Shown here piece by piece: positions 8,158 to 16,084 of a stretch of DNA of 64,000 bases (positions within the stretch are counted from its first letter, which is position 1; each line of letters begins with the position of its first letter). The notes under the pieces were generated by a model that saw only the letters and a program-made list of their open reading frames with translations, ran no database searches and had not been told where the DNA came from. The translations under genes were made by a program, and so were the position numbers. Origin of the DNA: Bacteroidia bacterium (GTDB lineage Bacteria > Bacteroidota > Bacteroidia > NS11-12g > UBA9320); assembly GCA_965216465.1 (NCBI GenBank), contig CBDCFW010000001.1, positions 160,001 through 224,000 on the forward strand, written 5' to 3'.

Positions 8158-8508
8158 TTACTTCTTCTCCAACTTCCGTATTAGAGCATATAACATCTTA
8201 GACAGCTCTTCTGCTTTCTGATAGAGTGTAGAGTACTCTTTTATATTGAGTTTTGATTTATCTTTAAGTATATCACAAATAGCAACACATTCAAATACTG
8301 AACTTCTAGAAATAACATAGAAATTTCTTTTATCACGATTCGTAAATCGTCCTGTACCTTCAGCTATATTTAAAGCGATACTAAGTGAAGCCCGCTTGAG
8401 CTGATTGGTAATTACTGAATCTGGTTTACAGTTGTCTAATAGTTTCTCAATTTCAAAATGAAATTCTTTTGCACGCCTATAGACTGAAAGCTTTTCAAAA
8501 TCAAACAT
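8158..8508 (-). CDS. Four-helix-bundle protein (23S rRNA IVP / TIGR02436 family), copy 1
   Basis: Same motifs as copy 2; about 8 nt differences counted by eye. Confidence 0.93.
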   Translation of the reverse strand: MFDFEKLSVYRRAKEFHFEIEKLLDNCKPDSVITNQLKRASLSIALNIAEGTGRFTNRDKRNFYVISRSSVFECVAICDILKDKSKLNIKEYSTLYQKAEELSKMLYALIRKLEKK

Positions 8509-8523
8509 GCATATCAAAATTCA

Positions 8524-8584
8524 CAGTCAGTGCGAGAATGAGGGCGAGTGTGAGTAAGAACACTCACACTTCACACTCTAACTG
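8524..8584 (-). repeat. Structured repeat E1
   Basis: CAGTCAGTGCGAGAATGAGGGCGA-GTGTGAGTAAGAACACTCACAC-TTCACACTCTAACTG; 428 bp from E2. Confidence 0.92.
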
Positions 8585-8587
8585 TTA

Positions 8588-8607
8588 TGGTACCCAGGGT
8601 CGGGCTC
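8588..8607 (-). repeat. Duplicated tRNA-Leu 3' end (att-like), ending in CCA
   Basis: GTACCCAGGGTCGGGCTC (8590-8607) is identical to 8703-8720; the minus strand reads GAGCCCGACCCTGGGTACCA. Confidence 0.9.
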
Positions 8608-8666
8608 CCCAACGTTGCAGTTGGGATAAACTTCTCGCCCGACTTTAGAATTCAAATTTTCGCCAT

Positions 8667-8696
8667 AAAAAAAGCTGACCTAGAAGATCAGCTTTT
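8667..8696 (-). terminator. Rho-independent terminator after tRNA-Leu
   Basis: Minus strand AAAAGCTGATC-TTCTA-GGTCAGC followed by T7. Confidence 0.75.
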
Positions 8697-8703
8697 CATT
8701 TTG

Positions 8704-8785
8704 TACCCAGGGTCGGGCTCGAACCGACACGTCTTGCGACATTGGTGTTTGAGACCAACGCGTCTACCAATTCCGCCACCTGGGC
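8704..8785 (-). tRNA. tRNA-Leu(CAA)
   Basis: GCCCAGG acceptor, GGCGGAATTGGTAGACGC D arm, TTGGT-CTCAAAC-ACCAA anticodon arm, long variable arm, GTCGGTTCGAGCCCGAC T arm; CCA not encoded. Confidence 0.97.
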
Positions 8786-8864
8786 ATGAAAGGACGTTTA
8801 CGTCCTTGAGCATACAGACCTAAGCGTCTGCACCGATTCAAGACCTACAACCAGGTTTCTCAAA

Positions 8865-9392
8865 TCAGGCTGCGAATGTATTTAGACTTTCTCTTATTCG
8901 CAACACATACTTTAACTTTAAGTATGTTTCTTTAACTTTTTCTAAAATTTCTTTTCGAGCTTCACTTCCAACTTCCAACTTATCAGCCTCTCCCGCCCTA
9001 TTCGCTAACTCCAAATTCAATTCTTCTTCCAACTGCCTTACCTCCATCAATACTTCATCTTGCTTCGCAGCATCAGGATCCATTTTTAAATCCATAATAT
9101 CCTCATTGATGTCCATCATCTCCATTAAAAAGCTTTGCGGAATAGCATTCTGTGCCTCTTGAAGCACCTCATTAAGTTTTAGAATGTAATTCACTCTCGA
9201 GCTGAACTTGCTTAACGCCTTGAATGCCGAATTATTGGTACTCGTCGTTTCTAAAGCCTGCTCATACTTCGCTTCATCATCAATAACAAAATCAGGGTGA
9301 TGCTCTTTACTAATCTTAAAGAATAGCTGTTTTAACTCAGCTTCATCCAAGAAGAATTGCTCTTCTATACCATAAAACTGAAAGTAGTTCAT
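8865..9392 (-). CDS. hscB: Fe-S cluster co-chaperone HscB
   Basis: MNYFQFYG, J-domain HPD motif, FLMEMMDINE. Confidence 0.9.
   Translation of the reverse strand: MNYFQFYGIEEQFFLDEAELKQLFFKISKEHHPDFVIDDEAKYEQALETTSTNNSAFKALSKFSSRVNYILKLNEVLQEAQNAIPQSFLMEMMDINEDIMDLKMDPDAAKQDEVLMEVRQLEEELNLELANRAGEADKLEVGSEARKEILEKVKETYLKLKYVLRIRESLNTFAA
8873..8880 (-). promoter_or_regulatory. Probable tRNA promoter (-7 variant TACATTCG) embedded in the last codons of hscB
   Basis: TACATTCGCAGCC has the same TAnnTTCG-CAGCC form seen before rseP (10753-10760) and ffh (26463-26470). Confidence 0.55.
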
Positions 9393-10732
9393 CAACTAAA
9401 AAACGCGTTTAAGCTATCAATAAACAGTATAAAGCCCATTAAAGCAAAAAGTAGAATCATTCCAACGATTTGGAAGTAGTACATTACTTTCTCAGGCAAT
9501 GGCTTTCTTCTAACCATCTCTATCAATAAGAACAATACGTGTCCTCCATCTAAAGCCGGAATAGGTAACAAGTTCATGAAAGCTAAGACAAATGATAGCA
9601 TTCCTGTAATCTGCCAGAATCGATGCCAGTTCCATTCCGCTCCATAAATGGTAGCAATTGTAATCGGCCCGCTTAATGTTTTGGTTGGATTAAGCTTTCC
9701 TTTAATCATCTCACCAAAAGCTCTAATGTTTAAGTTCAAGGTGTTAATTCCTCTCCTGGTTCCTTCTGGGAACGATTCTAAAAAGCCAAACTTCGTGGTA
9801 ATGGTTTTACCTGCAAATTCAGAAACATCATCCATCAATATTCCAACTCTACCATTGGTATCTAGTTTGTGCTTTATCTCAATTGATTCGTTGTCTCTGA
9901 TTATACCTATAGTTACTTCTTCACCTTTGTGATTTTGAAGCTCATCCTTCATGTTATTGTGAAAAGGAGTAGCAACATCATTAACCGATACAATTTGGTC
10001 GCCTTTTTCAAAGCCAGAACTCTTAGCCTCTTCAGTTTGTGCTTCATATACAATAGACTTAATACGCTTGTCGTATAAGCCACGGCCTTTGCTTTCCATA
10101 ACCTTAGGCTTTATACTATCTGCCAGAATGAAGTCACGAATTTGACCATTATTTTCTACGGTATAAGTTAGATCTTCATCTCCTGAAAAGAAAAGTTCAG
10201 GCTTACTAAATTCACGGTATTTTTCAAGCTTCTCACCGTTCAATGCGATAAGTTTATCTCCTTCTTTGAATCCTGCTTGAACTCCTAATTCGGTAGGAAC
10301 AATTCCATTCACATTAGCTACTTCTGTTGGTAACCATGTATCTCCATAGTGCCATAGTGATAAGGCGAAAATTAATATTCCTAAAAAGAAATTAACCGTT
10401 ACCCCACCAATCATAACAATCAAACGCTGCCATGCTGGCTTGCTTCTAAATTCATAATCTTCAGGTTCTGAAGCCATTTGCTCTTTGTCAAGGCTTTCAT
10501 CTATCATTCCTGAAATTTTAACATAGCCTCCAAGTGGCAACCATCCAATACCCCATTCGGTGTCGTTTACCTTCTTGCTGAAAAGCTTTACTCCCCAAGC
10601 ATCGAAGAAGATGTAGAATTTCTCAACACGTATACCAAAAGTACGTGCTGCGATGTAATGCCCCCATTCATGCAACGATACTAAAATAGCTAACGCTAGT
10701 ATCAGTTGCCCTGCCATGATTAATGTTCCCAT
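9392..10732 (-). CDS. rseP: RIP metalloprotease RseP
   Basis: HEWGH, LGGYVKISGM, PDZ domains, NLLPIPALDGGH. Confidence 0.95.
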   Translation of the reverse strand: MGTLIMAGQLILALAILVSLHEWGHYIAARTFGIRVEKFYIFFDAWGVKLFSKKVNDTEWGIGWLPLGGYVKISGMIDESLDKEQMASEPEDYEFRSKPAWQRLIVMIGGVTVNFFLGILIFALSLWHYGDTWLPTEVANVNGIVPTELGVQAGFKEGDKLIALNGEKLEKYREFSKPELFFSGDEDLTYTVENNGQIRDFILADSIKPKVMESKGRGLYDKRIKSIVYEAQTEEAKSSGFEKGDQIVSVNDVATPFHNNMKDELQNHKGEEVTIGIIRDNESIEIKHKLDTNGRVGILMDDVSEFAGKTITTKFGFLESFPEGTRRGINTLNLNIRAFGEMIKGKLNPTKTLSGPITIATIYGAEWNWHRFWQITGMLSFVLAFMNLLPIPALDGGHVLFLLIEMVRRKPLPEKVMYYFQIVGMILLFALMGFILFIDSLNAFFS

Positions 10733-10833
10733 GTATCCTTTTTATTTGGCTGCGAAAATAGCCTTTTAAAGCTTATTCTATTGCAGTATTAATTCCTAAT
10801 TGATGAATTGCTAATTTTTGCCGCTAAAGCCCC

Positions 10834-13374
10834 TTATTCTGCCAATTTAATGATTTTTTTAACCACCTCATCATCGCCCTGTTTCAAGCGAATGTATAAG
10901 ATGCCATTCGTTATTCCACCGAGGCTCAGTTCGTATTCTGCTGCACTTTGTACTTCTCTTTTAATCAAGGTCTGACCCAAGTTATTGTACACTTCAACCT
11001 CAATGTTGTTTTCATTCGATTCATCGAACTTCAATATCACAAATGAACTCGCTGGATTTGGAACAACATCCAATGCTGTAGATTCTGGAATTTCAACGTA
11101 ATGCATGCTTGAATCTATGTTTTGTACAACCCATAATCCGCCACTCACACTTCCAGCCCATAGCTTTTTGTTCGAAGTAACATTTGGGTCAATCATGAGT
11201 GTACGTGTTCTTCCTCCAACATTACGTGGACCTCTTTCTGTCCATGTGATGTCATTATTTTCATCGGCAATACCCGTAAAAATTCCTCTTCCGTGGGTGG
11301 CTGCAACAAACTTATCATCGCTAATACGTGAGATCAGCTGGTCTACTCGAATATTGGGTAGTCCACTGCTATTATCTCTCCAAACCGTGTTCTCTCCATC
11401 CAATTTATCGGTGGAGTACACACCCAATTCAGTTGCTACGTGAAACACGTCAGAACTTCCATTCTTAAAGCAACCCCAACGCACTGGAATGTTTGGTAGA
11501 TTTCCTTCACAACTGACCCAATCTGGATCATCTGCATATGCGTTGTGAGTCTCATAAACGCTTATGATATCGTAATTACTATATATCACCACCAAGTGGT
11601 TTGAATCTTGATCATCAGGAACGATACAATTCAAGAACACATTTGCAGAAGGAAGCTCCGCATTGCCATCCAGCTGAACTGCTCTATTGTTAGCATCTCC
11701 ATTCCAAACATTATCTACTCGAAAAGGAAAATTTAAGCGGCCAACAAAAGCAGTATTTTTTGCCAGTCTTGAAGTGGCTACGGTTGTAATCACTCCAAAG
11801 CGATTTGAAACCTGTTTCCACTCTTCTTTTTTTGCTGTTCTCGAATTAAACAATGCCCACAATCCAGCATTGGTTGCTTGATAGATAATTTGCGGATCGT
11901 TCACATCCATATGAATCTGATTGATAAATTGAGTGTTCCCATTTCTTCCATCTTCAATATATGGATTAGTGATGGTGTCAACATTATTACCGTGCGTTCG
12001 ATACATTCTTGCATACTGTGTTGTAGAATACAAGTATTCACCGTTTTCTTGGTCTATCGCACAGAAACTTCCGTCGGCATATGAAACACGTTTAAACTCA
12101 CTTATACCGTTTCCTGTAGAAGCAAAAGAACCATTGTCTTGCATGCCTCCCATTACCAGATTGTTATCTTTTTGAGGAGCAATTGCACATGCATAATACT
12201 GTGACGTATTGTAATTCAAATTGAGGTCTAGAAACAATGGAGTATCTGCCGTAAAGTTATTCGACTTCCATACACCTCCGTCGTTAGTAATGTACACCGT
12301 GTCTGAATCTTGGAAGATAAAATTATGTTGGTCTACGTGCACATATTGCAAATTGTACTTATTGTGGCGCCTGCTGCCTTCAAACATCTGTTGCCACGTG
12401 TTTCCTCCATCTTGTGATCGATGTACGTTGAACCCTCCAACAATTACGACATCTTCATTTGCTGGATCAACTTGAAGAATCAAGTCATACCATGCTTGCA
12501 GTTTGGCAAAACTGTCATTTCCTCCAGGCTTCGGAAGCTCAAACCAATTCTGTCCTTTGTCAGTCGTTTTATAAATTGGATGAGTTAAGCGATCGCTTGG
12601 TCGATAGCCTGTTGCATACATCACTTGAGCATTGCTCGGTGCTGTAGCCACCTCGATTCGTCCAATGTTACTTGTTGGAAATCCATTTGAAATTTCCTGC
12701 CAATCGTTTAAGTCTCCGGTTGAAGATATATAAATGGCATCTCCTGAAGTTAAAATCCCAAAAGCCACAACAATATCGTTATCAGCCGTAAGCTCTAAAT
12801 CCACAGCGGCATCGCGGGAAGATCCCATGTTTCTATAGATTACTTTTTCCCAAGTTTCACCACCATCTTGTGAACGAATCACACCGTCATTCGACGTAGC
12901 AACGTAAACATCACTGGTTACAGGATGAACAATCATATCCTGACAGAAATAGAAACTATCATTTGCCGTTGATGGCAATTGGCTCCATGATTCTCCAGCA
13001 TCTGTACTTTTCCAGATTCCTGCACCGCGGGCCGATCCGATATTCATAAACCCTTCTCCAGTTGAGAAGTAATACACTTTGGTATTGTTCGGATCGTGAA
13101 CGATTTGCGAAACACTTAAAGTAGCAAAACGGTCATCGACGGGAGACCATGTGTTTGGATAATACTTTGTCGCTTTGTTTTTATAGATGTCTCCCATAGT
13201 GCGAGGAAGATATTGATGCAATAGGTGACTCGGAACATCACCAGTTATTGGACTTTTAATTCTTTCAACATCAAAAATCATCCCTCCTGGAGCCATTTCT
13301 GGCTCAGCACTTTCTTGAGAAGACTTGCATCCAAAGAATGCCAATAAAACGACTAAGTATACCAGTTTTTTCAT
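10834..13374 (-). CDS. BNR/VPS10-like beta-propeller protein with a T9SS type A C-terminal sorting domain
   Basis: Asp-box repeats (STDAGESW, SQDGGETW, TTDKGQNW), HVDQH, GMQDNG, ATHGRG; CTD VVPNPAS...YNNLGQ...KKIIK. Confidence 0.85.
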   Translation of the reverse strand: MKKLVYLVVLLAFFGCKSSQESAEPEMAPGGMIFDVERIKSPITGDVPSHLLHQYLPRTMGDIYKNKATKYYPNTWSPVDDRFATLSVSQIVHDPNNTKVYYFSTGEGFMNIGSARGAGIWKSTDAGESWSQLPSTANDSFYFCQDMIVHPVTSDVYVATSNDGVIRSQDGGETWEKVIYRNMGSSRDAAVDLELTADNDIVVAFGILTSGDAIYISSTGDLNDWQEISNGFPTSNIGRIEVATAPSNAQVMYATGYRPSDRLTHPIYKTTDKGQNWFELPKPGGNDSFAKLQAWYDLILQVDPANEDVVIVGGFNVHRSQDGGNTWQQMFEGSRRHNKYNLQYVHVDQHNFIFQDSDTVYITNDGGVWKSNNFTADTPLFLDLNLNYNTSQYYACAIAPQKDNNLVMGGMQDNGSFASTGNGISEFKRVSYADGSFCAIDQENGEYLYSTTQYARMYRTHGNNVDTITNPYIEDGRNGNTQFINQIHMDVNDPQIIYQATNAGLWALFNSRTAKKEEWKQVSNRFGVITTVATSRLAKNTAFVGRLNFPFRVDNVWNGDANNRAVQLDGNAELPSANVFLNCIVPDDQDSNHLVVIYSNYDIISVYETHNAYADDPDWVSCEGNLPNIPVRWGCFKNGSSDVFHVATELGVYSTDKLDGENTVWRDNSSGLPNIRVDQLISRISDDKFVAATHGRGIFTGIADENNDITWTERGPRNVGGRTRTLMIDPNVTSNKKLWAGSVSGGLWVVQNIDSSMHYVEIPESTALDVVPNPASSFVILKFDESNENNIEVEVYNNLGQTLIKREVQSAAEYELSLGGITNGILYIRLKQGDDEVVKKIIKLAE

Positions 13375-13730
13375 CCTTTTATTTCAAATTGGGTAGCCCC
13401 TACAAATTTAATTGGTGGATTTTCCTTTACTAAATTAACCCGCCAAGTGGCATTTGGTTTTAAAGCTTTTAGGTCATCAAATATAGCCTTACAGCACTCT
13501 TCAATGAGTTTGAACTCTTGCTTCATTATTGCAATCACTCTTTCCTGAATAAATTCGTAGTTCACACTGCTCTCCAAGTCATGAAACTCCTCGTCAGCTG
13601 AAGCTGAACTTATTACTTGTACAGAGATATTGTACATCCCTCCTAATTCTCTTTCTGCTGCATACCAACCGTGATATGCTTTCACTCTGATGTTATCAAC
13701 ACTTAGAACGGTCTCTAATCGATTGCTCAT
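13371..13730 (-). CDS. folB: Dihydroneopterin aldolase
   Basis: AYHGWYAAERELG, DLESSVNY, KLIEE, KENPPI. Confidence 0.85.
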   Translation of the reverse strand: MSNRLETVLSVDNIRVKAYHGWYAAERELGGMYNISVQVISSASADEEFHDLESSVNYEFIQERVIAIMKQEFKLIEECCKAIFDDLKALKPNATWRVNLVKENPPIKFVGATQFEIKG

Positions 13731-13753
13731 TTCTAATTTGTGGGCATTAATTT

Positions 13754-13761
13754 TACATTTG
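13754..13761 (+). promoter_or_regulatory. -7 promoter element TACATTTG for gcdH
   Basis: Exact TAnnTTTG ~20 nt before the ATG. Confidence 0.65.
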
Positions 13762-13780
13762 CAAACATATTTAAAAACTT

Positions 13781-14998
13781 ATGACTGAAGGTGAAATTAA
13801 TTCGTTGAAAGAGGCAAATAAAGGCAAGGATGTTTTCAATCATCCTGATTTCTATCAAATAGACGATTTACTGAGTGAAGAACATAAGCTGGTACGCGAT
13901 AGTGTAAGAGCTTATGTGAAGCGAGAGCTCTCTCCTATTATAGAGGAATGTGCGCAGAATAATTATTTCCCTTCACACATTGTAAAACAACTGGGTGAAA
14001 CAGGATGCTTCGGCCCACAACTACCTATTGAATATGGTGGTGGCGGTTTAGATTATATAAGCTACGGACTAGCTATGCAAGAGTTAGAGCGATGCGATAG
14101 TGGAATCCGCTCTACCGCTAGTGTTCAAGGATCACTCGTTATGTATCCGATTCACTTATTTGGTAGTGAAGAGCAAAAAAAGAAGTACTTGCCAGCACTT
14201 GGATCTGGTGACATGCTTGGCTGTTTCGGACTGACTGAACCCGACCACGGTTCTAACCCGGGAGGAATGACCACAAACTTTACGGAAGATGGTGATGACA
14301 TCATACTTAACGGAGCTAAAATGTGGATTAGCAATGCTCCTGAAGCAGATGTTGCTGTAGTTTGGGCTAAGGATGAAGAAGGTGTGGTACGCGGTGTAAT
14401 TGTTGATCGCGAAATGGAAGGTTTTTCTACTCCGACCACACATAATAAATGGAGTCTACGAGCAAGTTGCACGGGTGAACTTGTTTTTGACAATGTTCGT
14501 GTTCCTAAAGCTAACATACTACCTAATGTAAAAGGACTTAAAGGACCATTAACCTGCTTAAATTCTGCACGATACGGTATAAGCTGGGGTGCAATCGGTG
14601 CTGCGATGGATTGTTATGAAAGTGCTAAGAAATATGCTGCTGAACGTCATCAGTTTGGCAAACCAATCGGTGGATTTCAATTGCAGCAAAAGAAGCTAGC
14701 TGAAATGCTAACCGAGATAACAAAAGCTCAATTGGTATGCTGGAGACTTGGTGTGTTGATGAATGAAGGAAAGGCCACTCCCGCCCAAATTTCATTGGCA
14801 AAAAGGAACAATGTTGAAATGGCGATGAATATAGCTAGAGAAGCACGTCAAATGCATGGAGGTATGGGAATTACGGGTGAATACTCTATGATGCGCCATA
14901 TGATGAATCTTGAGTCTGTTGTGACGTATGAAGGCACACACGACATTCATCTACTAATCTTGGGAATGGAAATAACTGGAGAAAATGCATTTACATAA
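13781..14998 (+). CDS. gcdH: Glutaryl-CoA dehydrogenase
   Basis: QELERCDSGIRSTASVQGSLVM, GCFGLTEPDHGSNP, NLESVVTYEGTHDIH. Confidence 0.9.
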   Translation: MTEGEINSLKEANKGKDVFNHPDFYQIDDLLSEEHKLVRDSVRAYVKRELSPIIEECAQNNYFPSHIVKQLGETGCFGPQLPIEYGGGGLDYISYGLAMQELERCDSGIRSTASVQGSLVMYPIHLFGSEEQKKKYLPALGSGDMLGCFGLTEPDHGSNPGGMTTNFTEDGDDIILNGAKMWISNAPEADVAVVWAKDEEGVVRGVIVDREMEGFSTPTTHNKWSLRASCTGELVFDNVRVPKANILPNVKGLKGPLTCLNSARYGISWGAIGAAMDCYESAKKYAAERHQFGKPIGGFQLQQKKLAEMLTEITKAQLVCWRLGVLMNEGKATPAQISLAKRNNVEMAMNIAREARQMHGGMGITGEYSMMRHMMNLESVVTYEGTHDIHLLILGMEITGENAFT

Positions 14999-16084
14999 AC
15001 TTTTAGCTGTTTCTTTACTTTTTTATTTGGATGTCAATCAAGCAATCGACTTCCAGCCAACTACGACAACACGCCGGTAATGTTGTATGTATCTAAAGAC
15101 TTACAACACGATTCGATTGGATTCAACTTTGTTGCTGAACTGCAAGAATTAGTATACCCACGTCTACTGACAGGCGACCTTCCACTTTGGGAAAATCCGA
15201 ATAAAGAAATTATTGTATCAAAAGAACGTTTTGCTCAGATTGAGAAAGGTGCAGCAAAACCCTTTGTTCAAAGTTCGAATCTCTTTATTCATGAGATTTG
15301 GCAGATCTATAAGAAAAATTACGATTTCGCAACCCTAGGCTTTTCATTTACAGGACAATCAAAATATGGCAAGAGTATTAATTATGGATATGTTGACATT
15401 ATAGATATTCTAGATCTTTTGAAGTCAACTCCTATTCCTTCCAATGCTAATGGTTCTTCTACCCTAACATTTTGGAATGCTCTGCACAGCAAGGCGTATA
15501 ATTTTAATTTGGTTCAGTTTGGAGACGAATCGTTTAAAGAAGATCAAGTACTTGCACTGAGACTTAAACATCAAGCAATAACCAGCGACAAAGTACTCAG
15601 AGAGTTGTATCAAATAGAAGATGTGAAAAGCATTGAATATAAGGTGCTTCAACCCAATATTAACTCGAACGAAGAAAATGCAAGCTTCTATTCAACCTTT
15701 GAAAAATTTGTGAATGAAAACAAGCAAACCATTCTTAACGCTGGAGGAGATGCACACTTTGACCATTTGATGTTTGTGCCTTGGAAGATTGAAGCCATTG
15801 AAGTTGCCGAAGAATGGAGGCGATATAATAGCATAGCATTTCAACAGTTGACACGTGTAAGTTTGTTTATTGACGGGCACTCTATCACACTGAACAGCAA
15901 GCAATTGGAAGAGCTAAACATCAAAATCAACTTAAGAGGTTTAGAAGAATACCTGAGCGAAAAGTCTTTTGACTTTGTACTTCAGAAAGTAAATGATGAA
16001 GAAATCGCTCCGAACAAATCAAGATTATACTACGAGGCATTACTAAACAATAATTGGAATAATATCAAACCTACTCATGACTAG
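14985..16084 (+). CDS. Hypothetical lipoprotein (possibly GldN-like), apparently frameshifted at the T6 tract 15019-15024
   Basis: 334-aa ORF from 15080; the in-frame upstream lipobox LFGC has no start unless joined to ATG 14985 by +1 nt. Confidence 0.65.

Noticed and set aside
7733-8508. Diversity-generating retroelement (TR/VR pair with avd)
   Set aside because: No reverse transcriptase is present, and differences between the copies are mostly synonymous and not adenine-specific.
7733-8508. 23S rRNA intervening sequence
   Set aside because: There is no rRNA sequence in the window.
6331-8584. E1-E4 as a CRISPR array
   Set aside because: The spacers are 367+ bp genes, the repeats are ~61 nt, and no cas genes are present.
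6331-8584. E1-E4 as canonical integron attC sites
   Set aside because: The ends read GTYAG...CTAAC, the opposite order to RYYYAAC...GTTRRRY, and there is no intI in the window; only the positional analogy holds.
8587-8823. 78-aa ORF with repeated PGSG/PRVG text
   Set aside because: It is an antisense translation of tRNA-Leu and its duplicated end.
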